A stretch of DNA of 60,595 bases, filler included, from Bipalium vagum (Eukaryota), in the NCBI GenBank assembly GCA_037834085.1. It is 3 parts of 3 records of this genome, joined end to end, with 100 filler letters (N's around TTAATTAATTAA, not from the genome) between each part and the next. Parts side by side here need not be neighbours in the genome. Positions count along the whole stretch, not along the records: positions 36,287 to 60,595 come from JBBMKC010201828.1; 2 more parts are not named here. The stretch is one strand, 5' to 3'. The notes beneath the pieces were generated by a model. That model saw only the letters and a list, made by a program, of their open reading frames with translations. It made no database searches and had not been told where the DNA came from. Position 1 is the first letter of the stretch. Each line of letters starts with the position of its first letter. Positions 36,820-48,652 of the stretch are shown one piece after another. The position numbers and the translations under genes were made by a program.

Positions 36820-38970
36820 ATTCTGCATGATCATTTACATTTCCGACCTTCATCTTTTATCATTTCTGATAACATTTTAAGAGTTTTTTAATTTAGAGAA
36901 AAAAGTTTATATTTTGTCTGTTGCTGAGGTATTTATATATTCTAGAGCTGAGCATTTGGATCCTCAATTTCCTTCGAAACCATGATAGCATATTTGGAGT
37001 TAAAATAATAAAGATCTAAGAATGCTTTTCACTTTGATTGTGATCTGATAAATTATAATTTGTTTATTATTATTTATTATTGGGACCATAATTTACTTTG
37101 CAACGATTTTTTTAATATGACACATTAGTTTACGTCCTATTAAACCTTTTCTTCTTCAAACCATTCCATATCGGATAATTTTCAGCTGTCATCTTTTTTG
37201 TTTCTGTTTTAGATTTATATATATTTGAAGTAACATTCATCTTCAGGTTTAGGGGAACGCGAAGATTAGTCAGTGATAATAACTCACTACACAGTCGGTG
37301 GATATTTACCTTACAGGATCGCCAACAATATGGATAATCAATCGTCATAACTAGATTTCTGCCGAATTTCATGGTCATTTATCAGCTAGTATAGAGCAGG
37401 ATAATGGGAATATCAATTTGAACATTGACTATTATCCTCAATGAGATTCAAATAGACAATATCTCATAAGAATAGTTAGAATCTCTCACTAATTCAACCT
37501 TCCATGTTACGGTCATCAGGCTTTGTATAATATTTTTCAATTTTATTATACCATCTACCTTCATTATATACCATCACCCCCCCAACTTCTTATAAAAGTC
37601 TAATTCATTCAGGCTCCTTTAGGTATATCGAAATGTATGTTGACGATCCAGGTTCTTTAATCGAAGGAGTAAACATGGCTGGCAATTGAATACCTCAATG
37701 ATTAGGTCTGTAAGTGATTTAGAAGCGTCTATCGGTGTGTTGTTATGAATCAAAATTATTTTTCATCATTAAATGAAAAAATTTTCACTTAACATAAAAT
37801 CTATAAAATAAAACTTTCTCATCAGCTTTAGAGAAATATCATCTTTTAACTTCTTTTTTGGATAATTTTTAAAATACTTTAATAGGGGTTCTAAAAATGA
37901 TTTTTAACTGACCCTCTTCCTTTTGTATTTATCATCATGACATTGATTTGACCTCTTGTGCACTAAAACAATATATACGTTTCTTTTCAATTATTTAATT
38001 GCCTCCTTAATAACGTCTTTCACAGATCTAAATATTTTCCCCTTCCTTCTTTTGTTATTTGTCGTCTTCTAACAATAAATAATAATAGAGAAAATTATTA
38101 AAAGACTTTACTTGAACAAAATCTTTGTGATGGATATCGTTATTTTTTAAATAATTTCATATTTTAAATTATAAAAATTTTTTAAACAAAAATAAATAAA
38201 TTTTATTCTGCGCTCAATTTTTAAGTGTGTAAAAAGTATTTTTTGTTTGGATGGATATCATTACAGCAGTATCTCGAAATATATTACGAAATGGCCATCC
38301 TACAAAAGATCCCTGGTAGTCATCATATTAACAAATTTCGGTTTATAATCCAAAAGTATAAGATTTTTAATAATTTACTAATGTCTTCACAATTACATAA
38401 TATTCAATCAAATTTAATCAATCCATGGGAATCCTATATTAATATCAATAAAAATTCACATATCTTTAAGTTATTAATTGTATAAATTTTTTTTATCATG
38501 ACGATTATAAAACATTTTAAAATAATTATATTTACAAAACACGTTTTAAACAAAATTATTTTTATAATATACTTTTAATTAAATTTTAAAAAATAATTAT
38601 TTTTTATTTTATAATTTTATTAAAGCTACTACATTATAATATAAATATGATTAAAATTTTTCGGTGCTTTTATTAATCTTCTTTACAACATTAATGTATC
38701 TGACATTTGATCATAAAATTTGACTTTGTTTAAATACTTTAACAAGTTTGAATGGTCGTCTAATTATCTGAAAAGTAATTATTAAAAAGTTTCCACAGAT
38801 AAAAAATAAAATGATCTCAATAATTTAAGCTCTATCATTTATCCATATTTTTAGCGCAATTTTCAAACGAAATTTATTTAAATTTGTAGAAAGAAATTTA
38901 GAAAGTGTTTTAAGTCATATGTGGTACCAGCAGACATAATTTAAGAATTTATAAGGCCCAATCATGTGTC

Positions 38971-39268
38971 GGTAATCCTATACTTTAGTGGCGCCAAAGT
39001 AGGTCAATTTTTTGCATTTCGCTTATATAGTATAATATATATTTAATTTTTGGTAAATTTAGGAAATTCGTGTAATTTTTAGGTTAACTTTATTTGTTAA
39101 TTTCATAAAATATAAATATAAATACATAAAAATTTAATTTCATATCAGAATAAATAATTAATATTTAAATCTACTCATGATAATTTATATTTTTTTAAAT
39201 ATATTATTTTAAAATAATATTAAGCTAAAATTTGACCTACTTTGGCGCCACTAAAGTATAGGATTATC
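38971..39268. mobile_element. 298-bp MITE, Merlin-like (GGTAA terminus, 8-bp TSD)
   Basis: ~40-bp TIRs GGTAATCCTATACTTTAGTGGCGCCAAAGTAGGTCAA. Flanks are CATGTGTC (38963-38970) and CATATGTC (39269-39276). Confidence 0.85.
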
Positions 39269-40421
39269 CATATGTCGGACTGAAGTATCATTGCGCCCTA
39301 GTATAAGTTGATATTGCTTGAATATTTGGCTGTGAAAGAAGAGTATTTCTAGTTGCACATGGTATAAATTAACAATTGATGAAAAAGTGGCTGCCGTGTA
39401 TTGGTCACGAGGAATTCTTACAAAATTCAATTCATCAAAAACGTTTTCAATAATTGCTTGACTTATCTGTGAGATGTGATCAGCTTTGTAAACATTTACA
39501 TCATTTCGTTGTATATCAAAATCATCATATTCTTTTTCATGTATCCAAGATGTCCAAATTTTATGATAATTGGATCTCGAATACAGTTTCTAGGTGGTGA
39601 AAATATGTGGGATCCATCGATGGTTATTTAAATGAAATAGAATTTAATTTTGTTGCTTATTACATAGTGAGATATTTATGTGTTATATCTTATATAAAAA
39701 TATTATTTTTCAAATATAAATTAATATTTATTATTTTCAAAGTAGTAAAATAGTTACAATGCAATAAATAATGGTGTTATTAAAATAAAAAGTAGTACAA
39801 TGTGTCAATATATGATTTAGAGAGATTTGTCAAGATCGAATTCGAATTTGAGTAGGTGATTTCCTTATGGATTTTGAAATTAGATTAACAAAGGATATTT
39901 TTTATGTTTTCGTCCATTAATAAATAAAATAACTGAAAATAAATTATTCCAGTTTTATTAAATAATAAAAAGGTTTGTTTTTAATAATGAGGCTTGAAAT
40001 TATTACATGATGTTTTTAAACCTATATTGTGCGAACTTCACAACCAGGTTATATGGTCAAAATATCTTCCATTAAGTTAACTAAAGACAAGGTTCAACAA
40101 CCTAGTCATATGTATCTTCAACTGGGAATGATTGGATACCTACCTACAGGAATTCCAACTTCACACAGAATCAAGAGTTTGTTATAATCTTTTTATGAAT
40201 AATTTTTATTTGAACCACAATGGATATATTTTTCTAGAAACATTTTAAATGGTATTTTAAAATCTTTTTAAAACAAATAATATTGATTTATTAACAAATC
40301 TTTTAATTTTAGAGGCTTTTTAAATGAGTTTGGTTTATAATGTAAAAATCACTGTAGAAAAATGAAACCTACGAAATGTGCTCCATAATATTCGTGTATC
40401 TCTTTTCATGTGAAGTCATTA

Positions 40422-40937
40422 CCGTAGATACTCGAATATAAGTCGACCTTGTGTATAAGTCGAGGGGGAAAATGGGAAATTCTGTGAAAAACCGTATGAC
40501 TCTTATATAAGTCGAGGTAAAAATATATACCTGGGTAGTTTCCTATTTCGTACATTTGGAAAATAACATAAAATAACAAGGAAAATGTCAATCTTTTGAT
40601 ATTTTATTGCAAAATTTTCGTGATAATATTTATATTTTTATGTTACAAACATGGCATCATGGGTAACATTTATTAAAAACCACAAAATTCGGAATCAGAG
40701 TCTGATTGAAGAAGTTGCAATGCCTGCTCATTAATCATGTGGTCTGAATAGAAGTCGTCATCATCCGATTCAACGAAACATAAATGATAACCAGTATTCA
40801 ATTATGAATACAACGTGATTAATTGCATAAATACAGCCATTACATTGGTTAAAACTGCTATGACTCATATGAGTCAACCCCATTTGTTCATCAAATTTTA
40901 AAGAAAAAAACCTCGACTTATATTCGAGTATCTACGG
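40422..40937. mobile_element. 516-bp pogo/Tigger-type MITE with TA target duplication
   Basis: TA|CCGTAGATACTCGAATATAAGTCGA ... TCGACTTATATTCGAGTATCTACGG|TA are perfect TIRs; internal TATAAGTCGA repeats. Confidence 0.9.
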
Positions 40938-41324
40938 TACTTATTTTTGTAGTACTTTAAACATATATAATATTTTATTTATAAAACAAATTTGTCGTAT
41001 ACAAGGCGCATAAATTAAATAAATATGAACAGGTGCCATAGATATAAACAACTAACATAGATCTATGATAAATTGTATTCAGCGGAAAAATTGATTTTTT
41101 TCACTCTATAAAATTGAACAAATATCTAGTAGCATTGAAGTTCCAAATCTTCGACGATTACTCAATATTTGTTATTGCACATGACTTTAAGAGTGCATTT
41201 TACTTCCTTTCTGGGATTCTAATATTGATTAGAATGTCTATTGCATCCGGATGTAACGTCCCAAGAGATCCAATAATCAGCATCTTAAGTTGGACTCTAG
41301 TAAATATTTTTGATGGCAATGGAA

Positions 41325-41458
41325 TCATTGTCAAATGATATTAATACAAATACTCTCTCACATCTTTCATTGTCCAAGACAGAATAGAAATTTCTGCTAA
41401 CCAATCATCGTCGAGATTGACTCCTTTTATACAATCGATATTTCCTCTGACCATTATT
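41325..41458 (+). promoter_or_regulatory. Conserved upstream block of the 7TM paralogues (E-box CAAATG, CCAATCATCGTCGAG)
   Basis: Alignable copies precede five paralogues. CCAAT starts at 41401, 47247, 50875, 54412 and 58051. Regulatory function is inferred. Confidence 0.55.
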
Positions 41459-42421
41459 ATGACAGGGTACAGGTTTCAAGAAGATATCTTAACTTGGTAT
41501 TCTTTGAGTCTTTTGATCTCCTTTGTCGGAGTTTTTGGAAATTTGTGGTGTGGTTCAGTAATAGTGCTGTCTAAATCCTTATGGAAATCTCCGTTTTACA
41601 GAATAATTCTTGCCATAATCATTCTCGATATCACAACTAATGCAATTTGCATCCCATTCGAAGGAACTCAGACCTATTTTAAAATCTATAGGAATGAGAC
41701 GTTGGGAAACGAATTGGGTTGCATTGTTGAAGGGATAATTTTTAATGTTGTTGCATCCATGTCGAATATGAACAAGATGATCGCAGCTGGATATCGGGTC
41801 TGGGCAGTTGTGTTTCCCTCAAAATATTACTTAATTTCCAATATGAAAATAGTTACAATACTCATCTTAAGCATATCTTTAGCTCCGGGTTTTCTATTTT
41901 TTGTTTGTGGTATTAACACTTTTGTCTGGTACATCATACATCCAATTTTTGGGGACTGCAGCGAAAAATATCTAAATTATGTGGTAAATTTAATACAAAG
42001 TTCGGTTCTCTACCTTTTCCCAGTAATCATAAGCTTTTTATTCTATATGTCCATCATAGTTAGACTTGTGATGATAAGATCAAAGTTAAATAAAAGAAAC
42101 AACGCACTAAAGAACACAAAGGTTTGTTTGGGTTTTGGGTTAATTATGCTTTTATATTGTATCTGTGTCATTATATTTTGGACGGAGTATAGACAGAGAT
42201 TGCGGGTGAACATGTGGCTAAGGTTTGCCATCAGAGCATCCTATGGCATATCACCGGTAAGCAAGCTTAGTATAAAACGTATTTATATATATAATTATAC
42301 TTTTCAGATGTTGTACATTATCCTCGACCATAACATTATAAAGAAATCCAAGGATGTTATCAAAACCGCATGGAAACGTTTTAATAACAAGGTCTTGGAA
42401 AATCCGATCTCTTCAAAGTGA
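41459..42421 (+). CDS. Orphan rhodopsin-like 7TM receptor paralogue 2 (intact, ~303 aa)
   Basis: ATG at 41459; exon to 42256; intron 42257-42307 (51 nt, same position as in paralogues); exon 42308-42421. TM1 GN, TM2 D, Cys at top of TM3, ECL2 GDC, AGYRVWAVVFP in place of DRY, SPMLY in place of NPxxY. Confidence 0.9.
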   Translation: MTGYRFQEDILTWYSLSLLISFVGVFGNLWCGSVIVLSKSLWKSPFYRIILAIIILDITTNAICIPFEGTQTYFKIYRNETLGNELGCIVEGIIFNVVASMSNMNKMIAAGYRVWAVVFPSKYYLISNMKIVTILILSISLAPGFLFFVCGINTFVWYIIHPIFGDCSEKYLNYVVNLIQSSVLYLFPVIISFLFYMSIIVRLVMIRSKLNKRNNALKNTKVCLGFGLIMLLYCICVIIFWTEYRQRLRVNMWLRFAIRASYGISPVSKLSIKRIYIYNYTFQMLYIILDHNIIKKSKDVIKTAWKRFNNKVLENPISSK

Positions 42422-44789
42422 ATTCTGATTTACTGTTTACTTAGCAATGATTTATTTAATATGACACATTATTTCACATCGTAATAAAAGTTGTGTTCCT
42501 AAATCGATTTGATATCGTATAATTTCATTTGTAGTTTTGATTATTCCTGTTTTTGATAAAAAGCGCATAAGTCCTTTTTGAATAATCTTTATTTCGCTTG
42601 TAACATTTGTCTGAGTAACCTCAATATCTTTAAACTTCCTTCTTATACATATGGCTTTAAGCTATGGGAATAGTTGGTGAATATGGAGAATAGTTGATCA
42701 TCATTACTGATTTTTAGCCAGAAAAATCTTTACGATTATTGAGTTTTGAGAAGATGTGTCATCATTCACTGAACTTCACCTTCCTTTAGTACTGTATTGA
42801 AGCCTAATTTTGTGAATAATTTTCAAAAGCCGATACATGAGATATTCGTAATAAACAACATTGACTTTTTTATCACAAAGATGAAATTCATTTTAAATGA
42901 CTCAATCAAAATTAAAAAACATAATTAGGAAGCTTTTATTCTTTGATTTTTAAAGCCGAAATTTCTGGAGAGCTTTTAGAATTTCATTACAAGTTCTGTC
43001 GTTTGGTTTCAGGATCACATTGAAAGCACTATGACTAATCATAACTAATAATTGATGATGAACAATTGGGTGAATTTGGATCAGTATCACAAGCGAAAAT
43101 GAAATTTCTGCAGCAATCAACTACTACATTGCAATTGTTAAGAACTATCTTTTATCTTAAGAACATATCTTTTTCTTGCTTAAATCTCCAATCACATACC
43201 AGGGGCAGAAATAAATAATGCATACTGCTTAATAATAAATGCATGATAATTTCAAAACATTCTTGATAATCTTTTATTCAAAGAAATCCACATTGGTAGC
43301 CATTTCTCCAATCTTCCAGTTAATTATTGAATACCTTCATAGACTAATTTCTCTGGTTTTGAAACGAAATATTCAGTTCCATTTTTGGATATATTCGTAA
43401 ATTTTGAATTGCTACGCATCAATTACATGTGCAGATGACCGGAACGGATAGAAATCTGAAGGAGTAACTATGGCTGGTTGGTAAGTATTTTACATGTTAT
43501 GCATGAAACTAATTAAAAGGCCCTATCGGTGAGTTATTACAAAAGAAACATATTATTACATGTTTTTAACTTATTCGATGGAATACTTTTTCATTTATAT
43601 GAGAAAATCTATAAAAAAACTTTCTTTCTCACCAGCTTTAGGGAAAAATCATCTTGTAACTGTTGACTTTGTCAATTTTTGAAGTAGTTTTAAAAAATAA
43701 TTTAATAAAAGTTCTAAAAAAATGATTTTTAACTGCCCTCTGTCTATTGTATTTATTAATGTGATATTGATTTGGCTTCTTGTGCACTGAAAAAATTTAT
43801 ACGTTTCTTTTCAATTATTTAATTGCCTTCTTAATAACGTGTTTGATTGAACCAAAACAATCCCACCTTCTCCTTTGTTTTTTGTCTTCTTCGTACAATG
43901 AATTAATAAGGGACAAAATTATTAAAATCTTTTAATTGAAAACAACATTTCTGAAGAATATTCTTACATTCATATATTCTTCATACTTAATTTAAAATCA
44001 TAAAAAGTTTTTATAAGGAAAAAAAAATTGCTATAAAGATTATTTTATTTTGTATTAACATTATTACGAAATACATGATCTATGTAGCTTGAAATATATG
44101 ACGAACTTGCCATCCAAGGGAAGATTCCAGATCTTTCTAGTGTTTATATATATCGTTTTATAATTGATAAGTACAGAATTTTTAATAATTTTTTGTGTTC
44201 AATTATTCAATATTCAATCAAATTTAATCAATCCATGGGAATCCTATATTAATATCAATTAAAATATTGCAATAAAATTTAACACATCTTTAAAGTTATT
44301 AATTATTAACAAGATTTTATATATTATCGACGATTTTAAATATTTTAATATTTTTAAATATTTATTTTTATAAAGCATGTATTTTTGTTTAAAACATGTT
44401 TTATAAATATAATGTCCATATTGTAATTATAATATTTATTTATTATTGATAAGAAAATTATTTTCCTATAAAATGAGTGAGAAGAAAATTTAAAAATATT
44501 ATTGGTGTAGGAAAATCAAAATACATAATTTTTAATAATAAAAATATTATTTAAGTAAAAAATAATTAATGAAATAAAAGAGGAAATTAAAGAGAAAAAA
44601 GAGAAAAAGAGATGATTGAGTAGAAAAGAATAATTGAAGACTTCTGATTATTTTCAACCAATCAAAACAATCAATCTTATATAATAACGACACAAACACG
44701 ATAGGTGAAAACCACAAAATAAGTTTGCACAAATCAAATTATGAAAGAATTTAATATTGAATATTAAAGAAAAATAAATTAATAAATCA

Positions 44790-45400
44790 TTGTTAGAAAT
44801 CGATTAATCAATAAATAAGAATTGAGATATTAGTGTTCGAAAAATAAAATTTCTCCCCCTACTGACGATAGGTCTTTGGATCGTTAGATAAGCCCAATTA
44901 GAGTGCTTATGCACGAGCTATCGTTGAATTTTGACGAATCTTATAAAATAAAATTTAACAAAATAAAGAAAGGCTACTCTCAATTTACCGATGAATGTTC
45001 TTCAGACTCAACAATAATATTTTACTTCCAAATAATAAACTATAATTTATCAATAGAATTTGCTCACACTGTATTTTGGCAAATCTCTCAATTGTGATTC
45101 CCTTTTTATATTGGTCAGTCAACTAACCTGTCCTTTCTTAATCGAAAAATATGAATATGTTTGATTACTGGATTGACGATTGTCGATGATTTTGGTAGAT
45201 TTGGTACTGATAGGAGTCTCCAAAACTGTCGAGAACATTATCTCCACTCCTAAATGTTTCTAATCAGTTTTATATTTTTTGCACTTTTTCTGTACTCAAA
45301 AAAATGCTTTGTTGATGCCAAGGTTGGGATGTGCATCACCATTGCAAGATTTGAACTCCTACAGTGTATTCTGGTAATGGAGATTTTACTAGCATGAATT
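44790..45400 (-). mobile_element. Probable LTR retrotransposon relic
   Basis: HPNLGINK (integrase H..G-like) near 45320 and polypurine tract AGGGGGAGAAA (minus strand) near 44850-44860. Confidence 0.35.
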
Positions 45401-45914
45401 CAACAAGCAATACACGTGAAAATATTATTAATACTAGTGAAGTAAAACCAAATGAAATGTAAAATATATTTTGCGATTCCAAAATAAGATGTTATTCTTA
45501 TTATACTTCGATTGATTCCCTGGTTACTTATTATTTTCTTACTAACCTGATAATAAACTTGAATCTTGAGAGAAAAATGTTTGAAAGGTAACACATTGAG
45601 CAATGGAGAAATAGAATAAGAAAAATGTGTCTTCACTAAATGAAGAGAGAGAAAAAGATAATAATCGAAGAAATAAAAATGAGTAAAGAGTTAAAAGAAT
45701 TGAAAATAAACATCTGTTCCATAAAAAACTGAATCAGAAAACGAGAACCCGTATTGGCTTTATGCTATTATTGAATATGAATATGAAGATATAAGATAGA
45801 CAATTGGATATTGAGTACAGACCGCTGTGTTATCCCTAAAGATAAAACTTCATTTTCCATATCATTCAAAGTAAAATTTTAAATATATAAGCAGTAAAAA
45901 ATTTAATGTTAACG

Positions 45915-46011
45915 ATGTTAGTTGAAAATTACTTGGAGAAATGTCAAATTCATGGAAAGAAAGGACCTTTCACATGCGCATGAACTGCTCTGACCACTGA
46001 GTTAGGTCCCC
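45915..46011 (-). pseudogene. Second degenerate tRNA-Ala-like copy
   Basis: GGGGACCTAACTCAGTGGTCAGAGCAGTTCATGCGCATGTGAAAGGTCCT with the T-arm disrupted. It shares the trailer TTTCAACTAACAT with the 19668 copy. Confidence 0.65.
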
Positions 46012-47175
46012 CGACCAATTCTCAATTTATCTCACAAACAAACCCTTTTAAAACAGAGTCTAATGAATTCAAACGGATTCTATAATATGCATAATGTTTT
46101 ATTAAAAATTTTAATTGAGTTTTAAATATTTGATTGTAAGAATTTTCTTGATTTCTTCAATAAACGATTTTTATCAATTATCGTGTACTCAGATAATCCA
46201 AGTTGACGAAAACAATTCCTTAGATTGTTCGGATACTGATGACCAAAATTTTTAGTCTCTTTAAATTTGTTGTATTTAAGAAATATATTAACTTTTCAAT
46301 GAAATAAACTTATTTTTATTAAAACCACTAAGAAAAGTATTTGTTTAAATATTCAAATATATTTTTATCACTATTTCAAATTTATTGATCACCATACGAG
46401 ATTTTAAATAAATGTTATATATTTTATTAAATTTGATTCTTTTTAATTTATTTATTTAATTAAGAAGGCTGAATGCAAAATTTAAAAGTTCTATATTTAC
46501 GAAACTGAGACTGGATTTATATAAGAATTTCTGAAATAAACAATTAATCTAAGACTTGTATTACTGGTCTTTGCAATAAAGGGTAACTTAGAAAGTCAAT
46601 TTACAAAAGACCGAAACCTAAGGTAAATTTCGGGGCATAAGCTAAGATTGAACTGACAAATAAGCAATCTGAAGGACAGTGGTGTAAATGTAAATCGTAA
46701 GAAATCGATTAATGTTTGCCATATTCTAGTTTCAAGATTTGATGTTACCTTACACAACCAAGTATAATGTATAAAAAAGTAAGAAATTTACCACTAAAAC
46801 CATTGGACAAAGTTAGGAACTGTGATTTGAAAAGATGGTTAGAACAAAATCATTTATGGAAGTGAACAATTTTTTAGACGAGAAGTTGTAAATGAAATTG
46901 GGATAAGTTCCCTTAATAAAATGGAATGACTGGACGACAAATATAAAGAAATTATTGATTTCTATCATTTGATAAAAAATGATGAATGTTGTAATGTAAG
47001 AGAAAATTATAATCCAGAATTTTTAGAAAGATCCAATACTTCATGACAACCAATTATTTTCTTAGACGTTTACCATTGTCAATTAAATATTTATATTTAT
47101 TAATATTAATAATAATATATTTACTGACAAAAAATCGTATTTTTTGCTCTGTATTGGATTTTCCTTCAATTCCCC

Positions 47176-47600
47176 AGCAAATGAAATTAATACAAATACT
47201 CCTTAGCATCTTTTCCTGTCTAAGAGGAAGAAGAAATATCTGCCAACCAATCATCGTCAAGATTGATTCCTTTTCTAAAATTGTTGATTCTTCTAACAAT
47301 GATGTATTAGTTTTACGAGGTTTTCCAAAATATTATAATTTGGCATCTTTCAAGCATTGTGTTGTACCTTTTCGGAGTTTGATTTTGCTGGTATACTGTA
47401 CCTGTGTCATTATTCAATGGACTGACTACGAAATTTCCAGAAGACCATATGGCTAAGGTTTACTCAAAGAATACTATGGAATATCACCAACGATTGAGTT
47501 CTTAATTCAATGTATCGTTATGAAGTAGTTTCTGTGCAATTGTCGACAAAAGGATTTTAAAGAATTCTATGACCTTTTCAAAAATGCATCAAAACACTTC
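47176..47600 (+). pseudogene. Orphan 7TM paralogue 3 (large internal deletion)
   Basis: Conserved upstream block, followed almost directly by TM6-TM7 remnants (YCTCVIIQWTDYE; ATATGGCTAAGGTTT..TATGGAATATCACCA). Confidence 0.75.
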
Positions 47601-47639
47601 CACTTTTTCTTAATATTTATTCACAAACAATCAACACAT

Positions 47640-48652
47640 TTTATTCTAAAATGATAATAAATTAGTCGGACACATGGTATCCATCACTGGCAACGATCTG
47701 CTACCACCTGTCCTCCAGTTTGTTAAATTCACAATTTCAGAAATCTTTGGCTTAGTCATAAAGAATCCAGCTCTTTTTAAGGTTCATAAAGGAATATAAG
47801 ACCCATCATTTGTTGTGGAAAGATGAAAATCCGTTGCAGATAAGTCCGGAAAATATGAAGGATATACGAGAAGTTAGCTTTAGCTTTTCGACTTTTGTGC
47901 TGCTTAAAAGCCTCATTTACTCTTTGTAAGTGGAATATATAATAGTTTTATCATTTCTCTGGTCCTTGGAAGAATTTCCCAATATATAATCCCACCAAAT
48001 ACATATCTTAATCTATATCTAAGCAATTATCTCTCCTCTTACGATTCTATGCAGAAATTGTTCTTCGACATAGTCTGTAGTTCGAAGTCGAGCGAGGTAT
48101 TGAGCAGCAATCACAAGGCGATCATGTTTTAGTTTTTATGTGAAGTGATGAGGCACTAAAATTTCCAGTTTTTGGGAAATTTCCATTGATTGAAGATTGT
48201 CTTTGCATTGGTTTTCATTTTCTTAGCTATTTCTCGGTGAAAAAAAGAACAACCATTCTCCAATAAAATTGCTTTTAATTTGTCCTCTTCGAAAATGGAT
48301 GGTCAACGGCTACGGGATGTCTTAAAGATTGAAATTTTCTTATCAGAATTTTTCAGCAGCATTCTTCATCAATGCTCCATGCAACAGTCCAGATATCTTG
48401 AACTACTTCGGCAACATTCTGGCCTTTGTTAAAAGTAAATAAAAAAAATTATGTTGTTTTTTGAACTTGGAATTGTGTTTCTAAAGTGAAAACAAAATTA
48501 AAAAATTAACGGTCATTGAATAGGATTGTTTTAATTTCGCGAAGCAGAAAAAGATGATTCAAATATATAAAAATAGCACTCAATAAAAAATATTGCAGTT
48601 AAACAAAACAGAAATTTATAAAATCACGAGAATTTGTTACAACCGAATATTA
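47640..48652 (-). mobile_element. Near full-length degenerate mariner element
   Basis: Fragments FEEDKLKAILLEN, LVPHHF, YPSYFPDLSATDFHLF and KLEDRW*QIVASDGY occur in order; terminal ATATTCGGTTGTAACAAA. Confidence 0.8.
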
